A stretch of 64,000 bases of DNA from Candidatus Latescibacterota bacterium (GCA_965219455.1 OZ244744.1:2784001-2848000), one strand, 5' to 3'; shown: positions 52,371 through 62,867, counted from the stretch's first letter. Notes: generated from the letters alone by a model not told the origin. Numbers and translations: made by a program.

Positions 52371-53009
52371 CTATCAATCTCCGATATGAGTTCGGCGGGC
52401 GAAACGACCCGCACTCGAAGGTTTTCCAATGCCTCCGCTCGCCTCAGAATGCTATCATCACAAGTACAGAAATAATCTGTTTCTGCTTCTTCTGCACAAG
52501 CCAAATGCAATGCATCCAATGGCTTGAAACCTGATTCAACCAGGTCGCGTGATCTGGCCTCAATTCGGTCACTTACTTCAACAGAAATTGCAGCCTTTGA
52601 CATTACTCTGAACGCAAACAACCTGCGAAGTATATTTGAGTCCACTCCGAAAAGTCAAAATCGACTCTGACAAGGTCTAAAATGTCGTTTTATTCAAAAG
52701 CAAATCGAAATTATAATTGATATAACAATATTATATATAATGATTTATGTGGATATGGATTATATTGAATAATGGCCCTTCCTGATCCAAATTGGAGGAA
52801 AATTACGAGAATCTCACTTTTCGGAGTGGACTCATATTTGGATTTCGAAAAGCCTCGTAAAGGAGCGTTTCAGATCCTACCAGTTCAAATTGGCCCGATT
52901 CACAAAGGTTGATTAAGCGCAATACAGCCTTCGATTCAATGGCAATCCGAAGCTGTGTCTTGCTGTCCAGGGGGCGTTGCAAACTACAATTATCAAGATA
53001 TATCTTCAT
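52367..53009 (-). pseudogene. PIN-domain toxin gene interrupted by a MITE
   Basis: IYLDNC..QRPLD...Q.RI N-terminus and DALHLACA...DYF.TCDD C-terminus; removing the insertion and one TSD copy restores ...FRNPNILRRLF... in frame. Confidence 0.88.
52638..52833. mobile_element. 196-bp MITE with 18-bp terminal inverted repeats and 6-bp target duplication
   Basis: GAGTCCACTCCGAAAAGT...ACTTTTCGGAGTGGACTC flanked by ATATTT (52632-52637 and 52834-52839). Confidence 0.9.
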
Positions 53010-53123
53010 TGTTTACAATATCATATCGGATGCACCGGCCCTCTCTTCCAAAAATACCGCTAACAAGGCCATTAATCAAGGCAAAACATCCAATAAAGCA
53101 GGAGCGATGATTATTTGATGATC

Positions 53124-53912
53124 TTAGAACGGGGCTTGAATCTTCAGAAGTGTCAGGTAAACGTTTCCCAGCTCCCCGGACAGGCGTTCCCAGTCGTTCA
53201 GTTCTTCGAAATCCTCTCCATAAATCGCCACGATCTCAAACTGACCAGATCGGTGGATTAACTCCTGTAGATCGGAAAACAGCCATAGCCTCAGGGTATG
53301 AAGAAAATCAAACTGCTCTATCTTGCCATCCTGTTCGATTTCAAACGAGCCAATTTGGTGACTCAACTTTGATTCTTTGTCTTCGCTAAGGATTCGCCAC
53401 GAGATTTTCACGTTGATGCCGTCACGGTCCATCGTCCAGTGATCCCCATCGGGGAGTTCGCCCTCGTGTGCGAAATTCAGATGGACAAGATAAATCCCGC
53501 CCTCACGGAGCGATGAACCCGTAGCCTTCAGATGGGAAACGACGTTATCGTCGGAATGAAGGTAACCAATGCTGTTTATCGAATTGAACGCAGCATCGAA
53601 CTCACCGGGGATTTCAGCGGAGACCATGTCGGCCAGCACAATCCGAACACTGCCCTCGCAACCGGCAGCCGCAACAGAGTCCGTGGCGTATTGGACCATG
53701 GCGGGGCTGACGTCGTAGCCTGTGACGTGGTACCCATAGGAAGGCAGGGTTCTCAGAAAGCGCCCGGAGCCGCACGCTGGCTCCAGGATGTGCCGTACCG
53801 GGAAAGGCACGTGCGTTTCGAAAGCTCTCTTAAAGAAGTCAATCTCCCCAGAGAGATCCCAGGAGACCGCGATATCATAGAGCTGAGGGAGGTTGTAGAG
53901 CTTTGAGATCAC
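53124..53912 (-). CDS. Class I SAM-dependent methyltransferase
   Basis: ILEPACGSGR, TGYDVS, ADM, FDAAF; GTG start after GGAG. Confidence 0.85.
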   Translation of the reverse strand: MISKLYNLPQLYDIAVSWDLSGEIDFFKRAFETHVPFPVRHILEPACGSGRFLRTLPSYGYHVTGYDVSPAMVQYATDSVAAAGCEGSVRIVLADMVSAEIPGEFDAAFNSINSIGYLHSDDNVVSHLKATGSSLREGGIYLVHLNFAHEGELPDGDHWTMDRDGINVKISWRILSEDKESKLSHQIGSFEIEQDGKIEQFDFLHTLRLWLFSDLQELIHRSGQFEIVAIYGEDFEELNDWERLSGELGNVYLTLLKIQAPF

Positions 53913-54081
53913 TGTTGTTCTCCGTACGTCAACACTTGTCAGCCGCTTTCCCTTAATGTTTTCGGCACCCATCAACCCGCGCAGCGGGTTGCCGAAGGCC
54001 AGGGCTACGTGACATCGATCAGCTTCGCGGCGCGGAAAAACAACGGTCCCCGCCGGCCCCCGCACAGTCGGCCATTGTTCC

Positions 54082-54492
54082 TTACGATCTTCCGGCCAAT
54101 CTTGCGCCGATCCACGCCATGGGTATGTAGGCGCCAACCAGGTCCACGACGGCAAACAAGGTGGGTGACGCTATCGAGACCGCGTTGATGATGCCGCCTA
54201 TCAGGAAAAAACCACCAACAACCATCGCCGCTGCCATCCCGCGGCTTGCAGACATGACGACGGCCAGATACGCGCCTGCGAGGGTCCCCAGGGCGTGAGC
54301 CAGGAACGGGAAGACGAAGTGCTTGAATTCAAACAGGTGCAGGGATGACCTGATGGATTCCATATTGGTCACATCGACACCATCAGGGGGTGGGATGATT
54401 GCAGGACCTACTACCACCAGTGCCATATTTGCTACACTTCCTGCAATAATGCCGACGATGACGGCCAACGCATTCTTTAGTCTGGGATTCAT
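54082..54492 (-). CDS. Small membrane protein
   Basis: Four hydrophobic segments; FPFLAHALGT; GAGG RBS. Confidence 0.7.
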   Translation of the reverse strand: MNPRLKNALAVIVGIIAGSVANMALVVVGPAIIPPPDGVDVTNMESIRSSLHLFEFKHFVFPFLAHALGTLAGAYLAVVMSASRGMAAAMVVGGFFLIGGIINAVSIASPTLFAVVDLVGAYIPMAWIGARLAGRS

Positions 54493-54709
54493 AAATCACC
54501 TCGCCTGTTCAGTTTTCGTTTGAACGATCTCTCCTCCACGTCTTAGCGCTTCAGTGCCTGTCGCGAATCCGACGCTCATAGGCAGTTCCTTTCCACGTTA
54601 AAACAAGCCTATCACGCCAAACTTGAAATCTCTTCGAAAAGGCTGTTTCGGTTAACAGCCACTCCAATTTTGATGGTCAGAGTTCATGCATTTGTCGTCA
54701 GGCACATTT

Positions 54710-55669
54710 TTAAAACAGGTGTGCCGCACTTTCAAGAAAACGACGGCGTTTGTTTACGTCTGTAATGCAATCTGCAAAGCGATGAGCGCCATAGAGAATC
54801 TTCAACCGATGTTCATCGCCTCCGCCATCGTTTATGGTGATTTCCTCACGCCAGTAGTCCGATGTGCGAGGATCGTGCTGCGATTTCACGGAGTACCTGT
54901 TTTCGGCTTGCGGGAATTCCGGAAGGCTCAACCACAACTCAATATGTTGCCGATGAGCTGCCATCCCTTTAGTCGCCAATGAAGAATACCCCAATGCCTG
55001 CAGATCCAATAGTGCTACGGCATGATTTATGACATGGATCGGTCCGCCAACGCCTCTTTTGGTGAAGTTGTCCGGTACGACATAGCGGGATACTGCATCG
55101 ATCATGTCGACATAGCTCTCATAGGGTTGATTGACCGGCTCTTGAGCTACCGAGAACTCACGGGGGTCTGCCAATTTCTCATTACCTGGTACACGTGCCC
55201 ATCCCGGCCCGCGACCCACAAAAGCCTTGAGCAAGTCATTGATGCCTTCTATAATCGCAGGAAATGCATACTGTGGTGCAGCATGTAGTGCCTTTAGAGC
55301 TAAGGACGCGAAGATAGAATTGTGTCCTGAATCCCGACATTCGGTGATACTTGGCTCAAGTGCAGCGGCAACAGATGGTATTAGATCCGCGTTTGGTCTC
55401 TGGTCTGGTTCGGTCGAAAAGAAAATCTCATTGGTTGAAGATTGCCCGTCCCCGCTGAACCAGATTGACTCTGAGTTGACCATGCGTTTCACGAGATCAT
55501 AGACTTCGGCTTGAACGTCGGTTGATAGGGCATTCTCAAGACAAAAGAAATATGCAGCCAGCATCGCAGCGGCTGGATGGCCGCACATACGATTCTTACT
55601 GATTGCCCGGCTCATACCAATGAGCCCTTTAAGCAAAAACTCATCTACGATGACAGTCTTGCTATTCAC
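54710..55669 (-). CDS. Hypothetical protein
   Basis: Long AT-richer ORF; GHNSIFASLALKAL motif; GTG after AGGAG. Confidence 0.6.
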   Translation of the reverse strand: MNSKTVIVDEFLLKGLIGMSRAISKNRMCGHPAAAMLAAYFFCLENALSTDVQAEVYDLVKRMVNSESIWFSGDGQSSTNEIFFSTEPDQRPNADLIPSVAAALEPSITECRDSGHNSIFASLALKALHAAPQYAFPAIIEGINDLLKAFVGRGPGWARVPGNEKLADPREFSVAQEPVNQPYESYVDMIDAVSRYVVPDNFTKRGVGGPIHVINHAVALLDLQALGYSSLATKGMAAHRQHIELWLSLPEFPQAENRYSVKSQHDPRTSDYWREEITINDGGGDEHRLKILYGAHRFADCITDVNKRRRFLESAAHLF

Positions 55670-55739
55670 GGAAGACTCCTGTCTGATGACCGAACGGAAT
55701 ATGTGCTTCATTGAGACATGAATCACTGGATCGGGTTTT

Positions 55740-57086
55740 TCACTTCCGCGCCCGTAGCGCGTCGTCTACGGCCGAGAGGAGTTGATCGACGTGAGACGTT
55801 TCCATTGGCAATGAGACATTGCCGCCGAGTTTCGTGTAGATCCCGCGGTTGAGCAGTGCGAAGAACAGCCAGCGGTGCAGAAGCTGGTTGTCGCGGGCAG
55901 CCTGGCGGTAGTTTCGGGGTTTCTCGGTGAGGAAGTGGATCCGGAACAGGGAGCCCGCCGTTGTGACCTGTGCCTCGAGGCCGGCATCCTGGAAGACGCA
56001 TCCGAGCCGGTCGGCAAGGCGCCGCGTCAGAGAGTCCAGCCTTTCATAGGCTTCCGGCGTGAGCATGCGAAGGGTCGTGAGGCCTGCGACGATGGCGATG
56101 GGGTTGGCGTTAAACGTGCCGGAATGAGGAATTTTCGGGGTGCCTCCGGTGGGGTTGTAGAGATCCAGGATGTCGGAGCGGCCGCCCACCACGGCGCCGG
56201 GGGTGCCGCCCGCCACGACTTTTCCCAGGCACGTGAGGTCAGGGCGTACGCCATACGTATCCTGGGCGCCGCCATGGGAGATGCGAAAGCTTACGATTTC
56301 GTCGAATATGAGCAATACGCCGGCGCGTTCCGTGATTTCGCGGAGACGCGCAAGAAAACCGTCGACCGGAAGGGTAAACCCGGCTGCCGTTGAAAGCGGA
56401 TCGACCACCACCGCGGCCAGATCGTCCCCGTGTTCGTTGATGATCGTATCGCAGGCGTCGGCATCGTTAAACGGGAGGACGATGACATTCTCGACGGCCT
56501 GAGGGGTTAGGCCGCGTGAGGAAGGCACTGAGCAGGGCCGGGTGGCCGGTCCCAGATTTCCGTCGACCGGAGGGACGTGGCTTACCATCACGTATTCATC
56601 CATTCCGTGGTACGCCCCTTCGAATTTGGCGATTCTGGTTTTGCCGGTGAAGGCGCGGGCCGCGCGGATGGCATTGAGGATGGCTTCGGTGCCGGAGCTG
56701 CAGAAGCGTACCTTTTCAAAGGAGCCGACGCGGTTCTTCAGGAATTCAGCCATTTCAACTTCGAGGGCCAGTGGTCTTGAGAAGCCCGTGCCGAGGGCTA
56801 TCCGTTCCCGCAGCGCGGCGACGAGTTCGGGGTGGGCGTGGCCCAGGATGAGGGCGGTATTGTTGTTTACGAAGTCGAGAAGGCGATGTTCGTCCAGGTC
56901 GATGAGATGGACGCCTTCGCCGCGGTCGGCGTAGACCGGGTACGGGTCAAAGTGGACGCCGGTGCGCGTGTTCCCGCCGGGAAGCGATGCCTGGGCCCGT
57001 TTGAACATCGCCTGGGATCGCGGGTGTTTGTCCATGTATTCGGCAATCTGCCTGTCGAGCGATGCCTGTTGGTGCTGCGGTTCCAT
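55740..57086 (-). CDS. Class III aminotransferase (glutamate-1-semialdehyde aminomutase-like)
   Basis: SSGTEA, KFEGAYHG, LIFDEI, DLTCLGK..AGG, HSGTFNANP. Confidence 0.9.
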   Translation of the reverse strand: MEPQHQQASLDRQIAEYMDKHPRSQAMFKRAQASLPGGNTRTGVHFDPYPVYADRGEGVHLIDLDEHRLLDFVNNNTALILGHAHPELVAALRERIALGTGFSRPLALEVEMAEFLKNRVGSFEKVRFCSSGTEAILNAIRAARAFTGKTRIAKFEGAYHGMDEYVMVSHVPPVDGNLGPATRPCSVPSSRGLTPQAVENVIVLPFNDADACDTIINEHGDDLAAVVVDPLSTAAGFTLPVDGFLARLREITERAGVLLIFDEIVSFRISHGGAQDTYGVRPDLTCLGKVVAGGTPGAVVGGRSDILDLYNPTGGTPKIPHSGTFNANPIAIVAGLTTLRMLTPEAYERLDSLTRRLADRLGCVFQDAGLEAQVTTAGSLFRIHFLTEKPRNYRQAARDNQLLHRWLFFALLNRGIYTKLGGNVSLPMETSHVDQLLSAVDDALRARK

Positions 57087-57362
57087 ACAATCCTCGTTTC
57101 GGGGTGGTCGGCGCTGAAGAGGGAGAGGGGAGAGAATTTCGGCACGGCGCTTTCAATGTGTGGTTTCAAAATACCGAAAAACGAGAAGGGATTTCAACTG
57201 TTGTTTGCAGCCTCCGGCAAGGGATCGGCCTCAGCAGCCCGGGTGGGCTTTTTCAACGGGCTGTCAGGCGGAAGGGGTTGACTTGCACGGGATACGGGCG
57301 TAGCATACAGGGTGTGTTTCAGACAGGCTGACGTGATATCGACGTTGGATGGAGGTGTCGTT

Positions 57363-58349
57363 ATGGCGGGTTTGGAAGTCGATGGGTTGCCGAGGCTTAC
57401 CGACGACCTGGCGGTGGCGAAGTCAAATGTCGAGCGGTTCGGTTATTGTTTGCTGAAGGGCGCGTTGAGCAGGGACCAGGTGGCGGCCATGCGGAAAAGG
57501 CTGGTGGAGCAGGCGGAGGCGGAGAGGCAACTGGGCGCCGCGTATGAAGACGGAGGGCCGGACCAGAACTGGGGATCGTTCCGGGACGAAAGGGGTCGGG
57601 TACGGCCGGCGGCGTTCACCGCGGCGCACGGGGGCGTCAACCAGCGGGTGTGGATGTTGATCAACAAGGGGCGGGTGTTTCACCAGGTGTTGTTTCAGGA
57701 GCGGGTGCGAGAGGTGATAAACCACGTTCTGGGCGAGGAGTACCTGCTTTCGAGCTTTACGGCGAATATCGCCAAGCCCGGCGGCGTGGAGATGGATCTG
57801 CATACGGACCAGTGGTGGATGCCTTCGCCCACACGGCCGGGCCGGAGGGCATTGCCAGTGGGTTCGATAACCCGCGAGCGGTTTGATATGGACGGAGACG
57901 GCGCTCCGCAGATGATCGCGCCGGCGGCAGCGGCGAACGTGTTGTGGATGCTCGTGGATTTCACAGACGGAAACGGAGGGACGCGCGTCGTGCCGGGCAG
58001 CCACTTGTTCGGTCGGCAGCCGGTCAGGGCTTCCGACGTGGAGGCGGTTGCCGCGGAGGGTCCGGCGGGCACGGCCCTGATGATCGATGCGCGAATCTGG
58101 CACGGTACCGGGGCCAACGTGACGGGCGGTCAACGGCTTGCGCTGTTGACGACGTTCTGCGGTCCACAGTTCCGGCCGCAGGAGAATTTCACCGTTGGTA
58201 CCTCGCCCGAGGTAATGAAGGATGCCTCCCCCGAGTTGCTGGCGCTGCTCGGGTTCAAGGTGTGGAACGCGTACGGCCGTGTTGAGAATCCTGCGGTGGA
58301 GTACATTTCACCGGGCGAATCGTCGCTGGGGGAACTGCGGCCGGAGTAG
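57363..58349 (+). CDS. Phytanoyl-CoA dioxygenase family protein
   Basis: LHTDQ, NGGTRVVPGSH, WHGTGAN, RPQEN. Confidence 0.88.
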   Translation: MAGLEVDGLPRLTDDLAVAKSNVERFGYCLLKGALSRDQVAAMRKRLVEQAEAERQLGAAYEDGGPDQNWGSFRDERGRVRPAAFTAAHGGVNQRVWMLINKGRVFHQVLFQERVREVINHVLGEEYLLSSFTANIAKPGGVEMDLHTDQWWMPSPTRPGRRALPVGSITRERFDMDGDGAPQMIAPAAAANVLWMLVDFTDGNGGTRVVPGSHLFGRQPVRASDVEAVAAEGPAGTALMIDARIWHGTGANVTGGQRLALLTTFCGPQFRPQENFTVGTSPEVMKDASPELLALLGFKVWNAYGRVENPAVEYISPGESSLGELRPE

Positions 58350-58353
58350 AGCT

Positions 58354-58617
58354 ATGGCGCGCAAAGAGAGGGTTGATCGACGGACCATTTCGATCCACTG
58401 CGCCAGGTGCCGGACGCTGCTCTACAGGTACCAAAAAGGCGGCAGGGGCGGCCTGGTCAAGTGTTTCGTGGAACGGATTGTGGAGGACTGCACCCGCGGA
58501 GATTTGAAGTGTCCGGATTGCGGGCAGGCATTTGCGAGGGACCGGATGATGGGCGGACGACCGGCGCACAAGATCATCCAGGGCAAGGTGTATACCAGGG
58601 GGATGTCGAGGAAGTAA
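58354..58617 (+). CDS. Small zinc-ribbon protein
   Basis: CARC...KGG.G.LVKC...CPDCG. Confidence 0.7.
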   Translation: MARKERVDRRTISIHCARCRTLLYRYQKGGRGGLVKCFVERIVEDCTRGDLKCPDCGQAFARDRMMGGRPAHKIIQGKVYTRGMSRK

Positions 58618-58636
58618 TATCACCGAGGAGACTATA

Positions 58637-59176
58637 ATGGCCGAAGAACGCGCGACGTTCGGAGGGGGATGTTTCTGGTGCGTGGAGGCGTTTTATCAGG
58701 ACCTGCACGGGGTGCAGGAAGTGGTTTCCGGATATGCCGGTGGCTCGGTTCCGAATCCGACCTATCGGGATGTGTGCGACGGAACCACGGGTCATGCCGA
58801 GGTCGTGCAGATTCGATTCGATCCCGAGACGGTTTCCTATCGGGACCTGCTGGACGTGTTCTGGCGCACTCACGATCCGACAACGCTGAACCGGCAGGGG
58901 GCGGACGTGGGCACGCAGTACCGGTCGGAGATTTTTTATCACGACGAGCAACAGCGGGCGGAAGCGCAACAGTCCCTGGCAAAGACGGATGCCTCGGAGC
59001 TGTGGGCGGACCCGATCGTGACGGAGGTTTCGCCGCTAGGCGAATTTTTCAGGGCCGAGGATTATCATCAGAATTACTATCGCTCCAATCGCGCCCAGCC
59101 GTACTGCATATTCGTGATCGACCCGAAGATGCAGTGGTTCAGGGACGCGTTTCAGGATCGGTTGAAGGCAGGGTGA
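58637..59176 (+). CDS. msrA: Peptide-methionine (S)-S-oxide reductase
   Basis: GGCFWC, GHAEVV, HDPTTLNRQGADVGTQYRS, AEDYHQNYY. Confidence 0.96.
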   Translation: MAEERATFGGGCFWCVEAFYQDLHGVQEVVSGYAGGSVPNPTYRDVCDGTTGHAEVVQIRFDPETVSYRDLLDVFWRTHDPTTLNRQGADVGTQYRSEIFYHDEQQRAEAQQSLAKTDASELWADPIVTEVSPLGEFFRAEDYHQNYYRSNRAQPYCIFVIDPKMQWFRDAFQDRLKAG

Positions 59177-59180
59177 TGGC

Positions 59181-61412
59181 ATGGAAGGTGGGCGATACGG
59201 ATTCAGGCTGGTGGTGACATCGCCGCTGCCCTCGGATCTCGGGCGCATTCCGATGTCGGTGGAAATGGATTTCGGACGTATGGCGCGGGAGATCAAGGCC
59301 TCGGGTGTGTTCGATCCGAATTCCATTGAAGTTGTGGACGTCGTGTCGGGTGAGGCAATGGCGTTCGTTCGGACCGAGGATTTCGCCTACGGCGATCGGG
59401 GCAGAATCGAGTGGGTGGTTGAGGATCCCACCCATACGGCGTATGAGATCCGATTTTGTACCCTGCCGAAAAGGCCGCCGTTGCAACCCCAGGAGTACAC
59501 GCCGATGATCGGCGTCGGAGACCTCCTGAGGTACAACGCGGGGGCACCACGCCCAATTGCAATCTCGCATTCGATGCGTCTCATTGACATAACCGGCGAC
59601 GGCCGCGCCGATCTTGCGGGGTGCTGGAATTATTATTATCGACCGGGGTCACCCATCAGCGGGATTGTGTTTTATCCTCGTGTGGGACCGGAAGAGGACT
59701 TCACGTTTGGAGATCTTGCCCGGCTGCGGTACGTGGATGAACGAGGATCGCGTGAACTCAAGCATTTCCAGGATGTGTACGCCGAAGCTGATTTTGTGGA
59801 TCTGAACGGCGACGGGCTTCCCGACATTGTGTACGCGGGGATGCACGATAAAGGGGTGACGGTCTACCTTAATTCAGGCGAACGCGACGGGGGCGGGTTG
59901 CCCGTTTTCGTGAAGGACATTGAGATTCCGGCGCCGGTTGCTCAAAACGCCGGGATCCGCATTGTGGATCTGAGCGGGAATGGCACTCCGGACCTGGTGG
60001 TCAACGGGCACTATGTCCGGAATCTGAATCCGGACGGCTGGCCGTTCATGGCCGCCGATGCGGTGGATCTCGAGGTTGGAAAACAACTCACGTTCCTGGA
60101 TCTGGACGGCGATGGACTACCGGACGTTATGGCGATGCCGGTTGGCGGGTATGACCATCCTCTGACGTGGCGGAGGAATCTGGGCGGGGACCCGCCCCGG
60201 TTCGGACCACAGCAGAAGCTGGGAGACTTGAAAACGGGTTTCTGCAGCCGGCTCAGCGCGGTAACAGACGGCAATCGGAGAGGGATTCTGGTGCAGCACA
60301 ATATGTATCAGAATCTCACTTTCTATGAACTCGCCGGAACGCGGGCGGGCCAACCCCGTTTCGAGCACCGGGGAAGGGCCCGGTCGGTGTCGGCGGTGAT
60401 GTCATTCAGCGATCAGTCCTGGCCGTGTTCGTGCGACTGGAATGGAGACGGGGTCTCCGATTTCGTCATCGGCGGGGGTTACGGATGGCCGCGCGTGGTC
60501 ATCAATAGCGGGAGCAATGAGCGACCGGTCTGGACAGAGCCGGAGTTGATTGGTTCCGAAGGTAAGCCGATCCGGATATTGCGCGATGAGATACTGCACA
60601 GTAAACACCGGCACAATATGGGGTACCCTTATCCCGTATTTGTGGATTGGGACGGGGACGGTCTGCCGGATCTGATGCTCCCGAACGAAACGAACCGGAT
60701 TGTCTGGTATCGAAATATCGGTACGTTCGAAGAACCGAGGTTTGGAACCCGTAGATTCCTTGAAGTGGATGGATTCCCGGATTCCGACGATCTGCGGGCG
60801 GAAACGGGCAGGGCGGCCTCCGACGAGACCCGGCCCGACAGTCCCTATCCTTTCGATGCGCGTTCGCCGTTTTTCTGGCGGACCGGCGCGGCGTTTGCGG
60901 ACTGGAACGGCGACGGGATGATGGATTTTATCGCACACGATCATACCCGCAAAGCAACGCTGTTCCTTCAGTATCGGGATGGAGAGAGCCGCCGCAGACT
61001 CAAACGGGGCGACCACGTGCGGCTGGTGGACGGGCGGGAGATCGACGACTCCATTGTGGGCCGGACAAAGCACTGGACCGAGTCGTTCCGCGCCGTGGAT
61101 TGGGACGGGGACGGATTGATCGACCTGGTATACAATCTTGCGGGAACGGGTACGATCTATTTACTGCGCAACGTGGGTTCGGCGGATGCCCCGGTGTTCG
61201 ACCTGCCGAGAGAGTTCAGGTGTTACGGCGAGGAGATCGCGTTTACGGTTCACGGTCCGAACGCGTGGCCGGGTGATTTCAACGGCGATGGAAGGCCGGA
61301 TCTGTTGGGATGTGTGGAGTGGAGCGTATACCCGTTTTACTGTCACGCAGCCCTGGAGATGGAGAGTCACCCCACGTACCGGATCGGGACGGTACGGAAG
61401 ATGACGTTCTAA
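59181..61412 (+). CDS. FG-GAP/VCBS repeat protein
   Basis: Many D(W/L)xGDGxxD motifs. Confidence 0.85.
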   Translation: MEGGRYGFRLVVTSPLPSDLGRIPMSVEMDFGRMAREIKASGVFDPNSIEVVDVVSGEAMAFVRTEDFAYGDRGRIEWVVEDPTHTAYEIRFCTLPKRPPLQPQEYTPMIGVGDLLRYNAGAPRPIAISHSMRLIDITGDGRADLAGCWNYYYRPGSPISGIVFYPRVGPEEDFTFGDLARLRYVDERGSRELKHFQDVYAEADFVDLNGDGLPDIVYAGMHDKGVTVYLNSGERDGGGLPVFVKDIEIPAPVAQNAGIRIVDLSGNGTPDLVVNGHYVRNLNPDGWPFMAADAVDLEVGKQLTFLDLDGDGLPDVMAMPVGGYDHPLTWRRNLGGDPPRFGPQQKLGDLKTGFCSRLSAVTDGNRRGILVQHNMYQNLTFYELAGTRAGQPRFEHRGRARSVSAVMSFSDQSWPCSCDWNGDGVSDFVIGGGYGWPRVVINSGSNERPVWTEPELIGSEGKPIRILRDEILHSKHRHNMGYPYPVFVDWDGDGLPDLMLPNETNRIVWYRNIGTFEEPRFGTRRFLEVDGFPDSDDLRAETGRAASDETRPDSPYPFDARSPFFWRTGAAFADWNGDGMMDFIAHDHTRKATLFLQYRDGESRRRLKRGDHVRLVDGREIDDSIVGRTKHWTESFRAVDWDGDGLIDLVYNLAGTGTIYLLRNVGSADAPVFDLPREFRCYGEEIAFTVHGPNAWPGDFNGDGRPDLLGCVEWSVYPFYCHAALEMESHPTYRIGTVRKMTF

Positions 61413-61452
61413 CCGCGTGTGCTCCACGGAATACGGGTTGCTTCTTCAACTC

Positions 61453-62304
61453 TTAATCGGGCCCCGACGTCGACGCGATGGCCTGCCGGCGGGCGGAGGC
61501 AAGCGCGCGGTAGCAGAATTCCGCGGCGTGCCAAGGGTCGTACCCAGGCCGATTCCAGATCATCGCGCTGACTTCAGCGTTAACGGGTACAGTGGCGCCC
61601 GCCTTGAGCAGGACCTGGAAGTATGCCACGAGGTCAAGGCTGCCTTCGCCGGGCAACAGGAAAGTCACGGCGCCGTCTTCCATGTACCCGTCTTTGATGT
61701 GGATGTGAACGGTGTGAGGAAGGCAGAAGTCGGCGGCGCGTTCGAGGTCGATGCCCTGAACATGAAAGTGGCTGTGGTCGAAGTGGATTTTGAGGTTGGG
61801 ATGACGGGTGTGTTCCATAAGCCATGCCGCTTTTTCAGGCGTATCCAGGATAGCGCCAACGTGCGGTTCCACCGCCAGAATGACGCGATGCGCTGCTGCG
61901 AGATCCGCCAGTTCCAGCAGGTCGGCGGCTACGGATTCCTTTTCCTTATCCCAGTTTGAAAGGGGGCCGCCCAACGTTGTTGTGATGATGCCGGGGTCGT
62001 CCCCATAGTTGAGGTCGCGAGCGAGGATGCAATTCCGGATGAAGCGGGCTAGCATCGTCGGGCGGTCGCTGCCTCGTGCGCACGTGGAAACGGGGCCGAA
62101 GCATGCCGGTGGCGGGAAGCCGAGATCTCGCAGGGTGCCTGCAAGTCTGCGCCGCGTGTTCCGGTCGAGCCTATGGGGCGCGGTCGGCCATGCGTCGCCG
62201 ATTGCGATTTCGACGGCTTCGTAGCCGATCGCGCGAATTTTGGGCAGGGCGTCAAAAACGTCGACGCTCTGGGTGGCGTAGGTGCTGAATCCGAGGGGGA
62301 TCAA
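61453..62304 (-). CDS. Sugar phosphate isomerase/epimerase (xylose isomerase-like TIM barrel)
   Basis: GYEAVE, AVEPH, FDHSH, HIHIKD, PGEG.LD, AEVS. Confidence 0.85.
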   Translation of the reverse strand: MIPLGFSTYATQSVDVFDALPKIRAIGYEAVEIAIGDAWPTAPHRLDRNTRRRLAGTLRDLGFPPPACFGPVSTCARGSDRPTMLARFIRNCILARDLNYGDDPGIITTTLGGPLSNWDKEKESVAADLLELADLAAAHRVILAVEPHVGAILDTPEKAAWLMEHTRHPNLKIHFDHSHFHVQGIDLERAADFCLPHTVHIHIKDGYMEDGAVTFLLPGEGSLDLVAYFQVLLKAGATVPVNAEVSAMIWNRPGYDPWHAAEFCYRALASARRQAIASTSGPD

Positions 62305-62414
62305 TGGACCTCAGCTCCGTGTAAAGGCAAAAAAACAAACGGAAAAGGCGAGTGATAGGTTTTGCTCCTGGCCTGCGAAATCATTTCCATCTGTCTCATT
62401 ATCTTATCTTTCAA

Positions 62415-62745
62415 TTTTTCTTCGTCCTTTTTCTTGTACGCCCAAGAAAAAGGACCAAAAAGAACGGCGCCGTTCGGCACGGGGCCGGTTTTTCCGCGAA
62501 TTACCTCAAGGGAAACAACGAGCGTCGTTGCCCTGCGACCGCCGGCAGCGATTGAGAACAACGTTGCTGGACGGATCAGCGCGGAAAAACCCCCATCTCC
62601 GCCACCGGTCGCACGAGAGGCAAACCGCTGGATAGAGCGAACAAACCCCCAACGCAACCACCGCGCGGGCGAGGGAACAAAGCGAGAGGCCGCACACCTC
62701 CTCGCGTCGTCGCTGAATTTGTAGGGGCAACCCTTGTGGTTGCCC
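62415..62745. repeat. Composite structured non-coding repeat, copy B
   Basis: 62415-62501 identical to 45671-45757; ends in the same REP palindrome as copy A. Confidence 0.85.
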
Positions 62746-62839
62746 ACATCTTGGCGTAGACAACGGCAATTGACAACGCTGGGCCGTATGGATGACCGGC
62801 GTCAGTTGACCGCTGTTCCTTGTCGGACGCACGGTATAC

Positions 62840-62867
62840 GTAGGGGCGACCGGCCGGTCGCCCCTAC
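62840..62867. repeat. REP palindrome (GTAG-type)
   Basis: GTAGGGGCGACCGGCCGGTCGCCCCTAC, perfect palindrome. Confidence 0.82.

Noticed and set aside
57240-57270. IS-end-like sequence TTTTTCAACGGGCTGT
   Set aside because: No matching second end or transposase found nearby.
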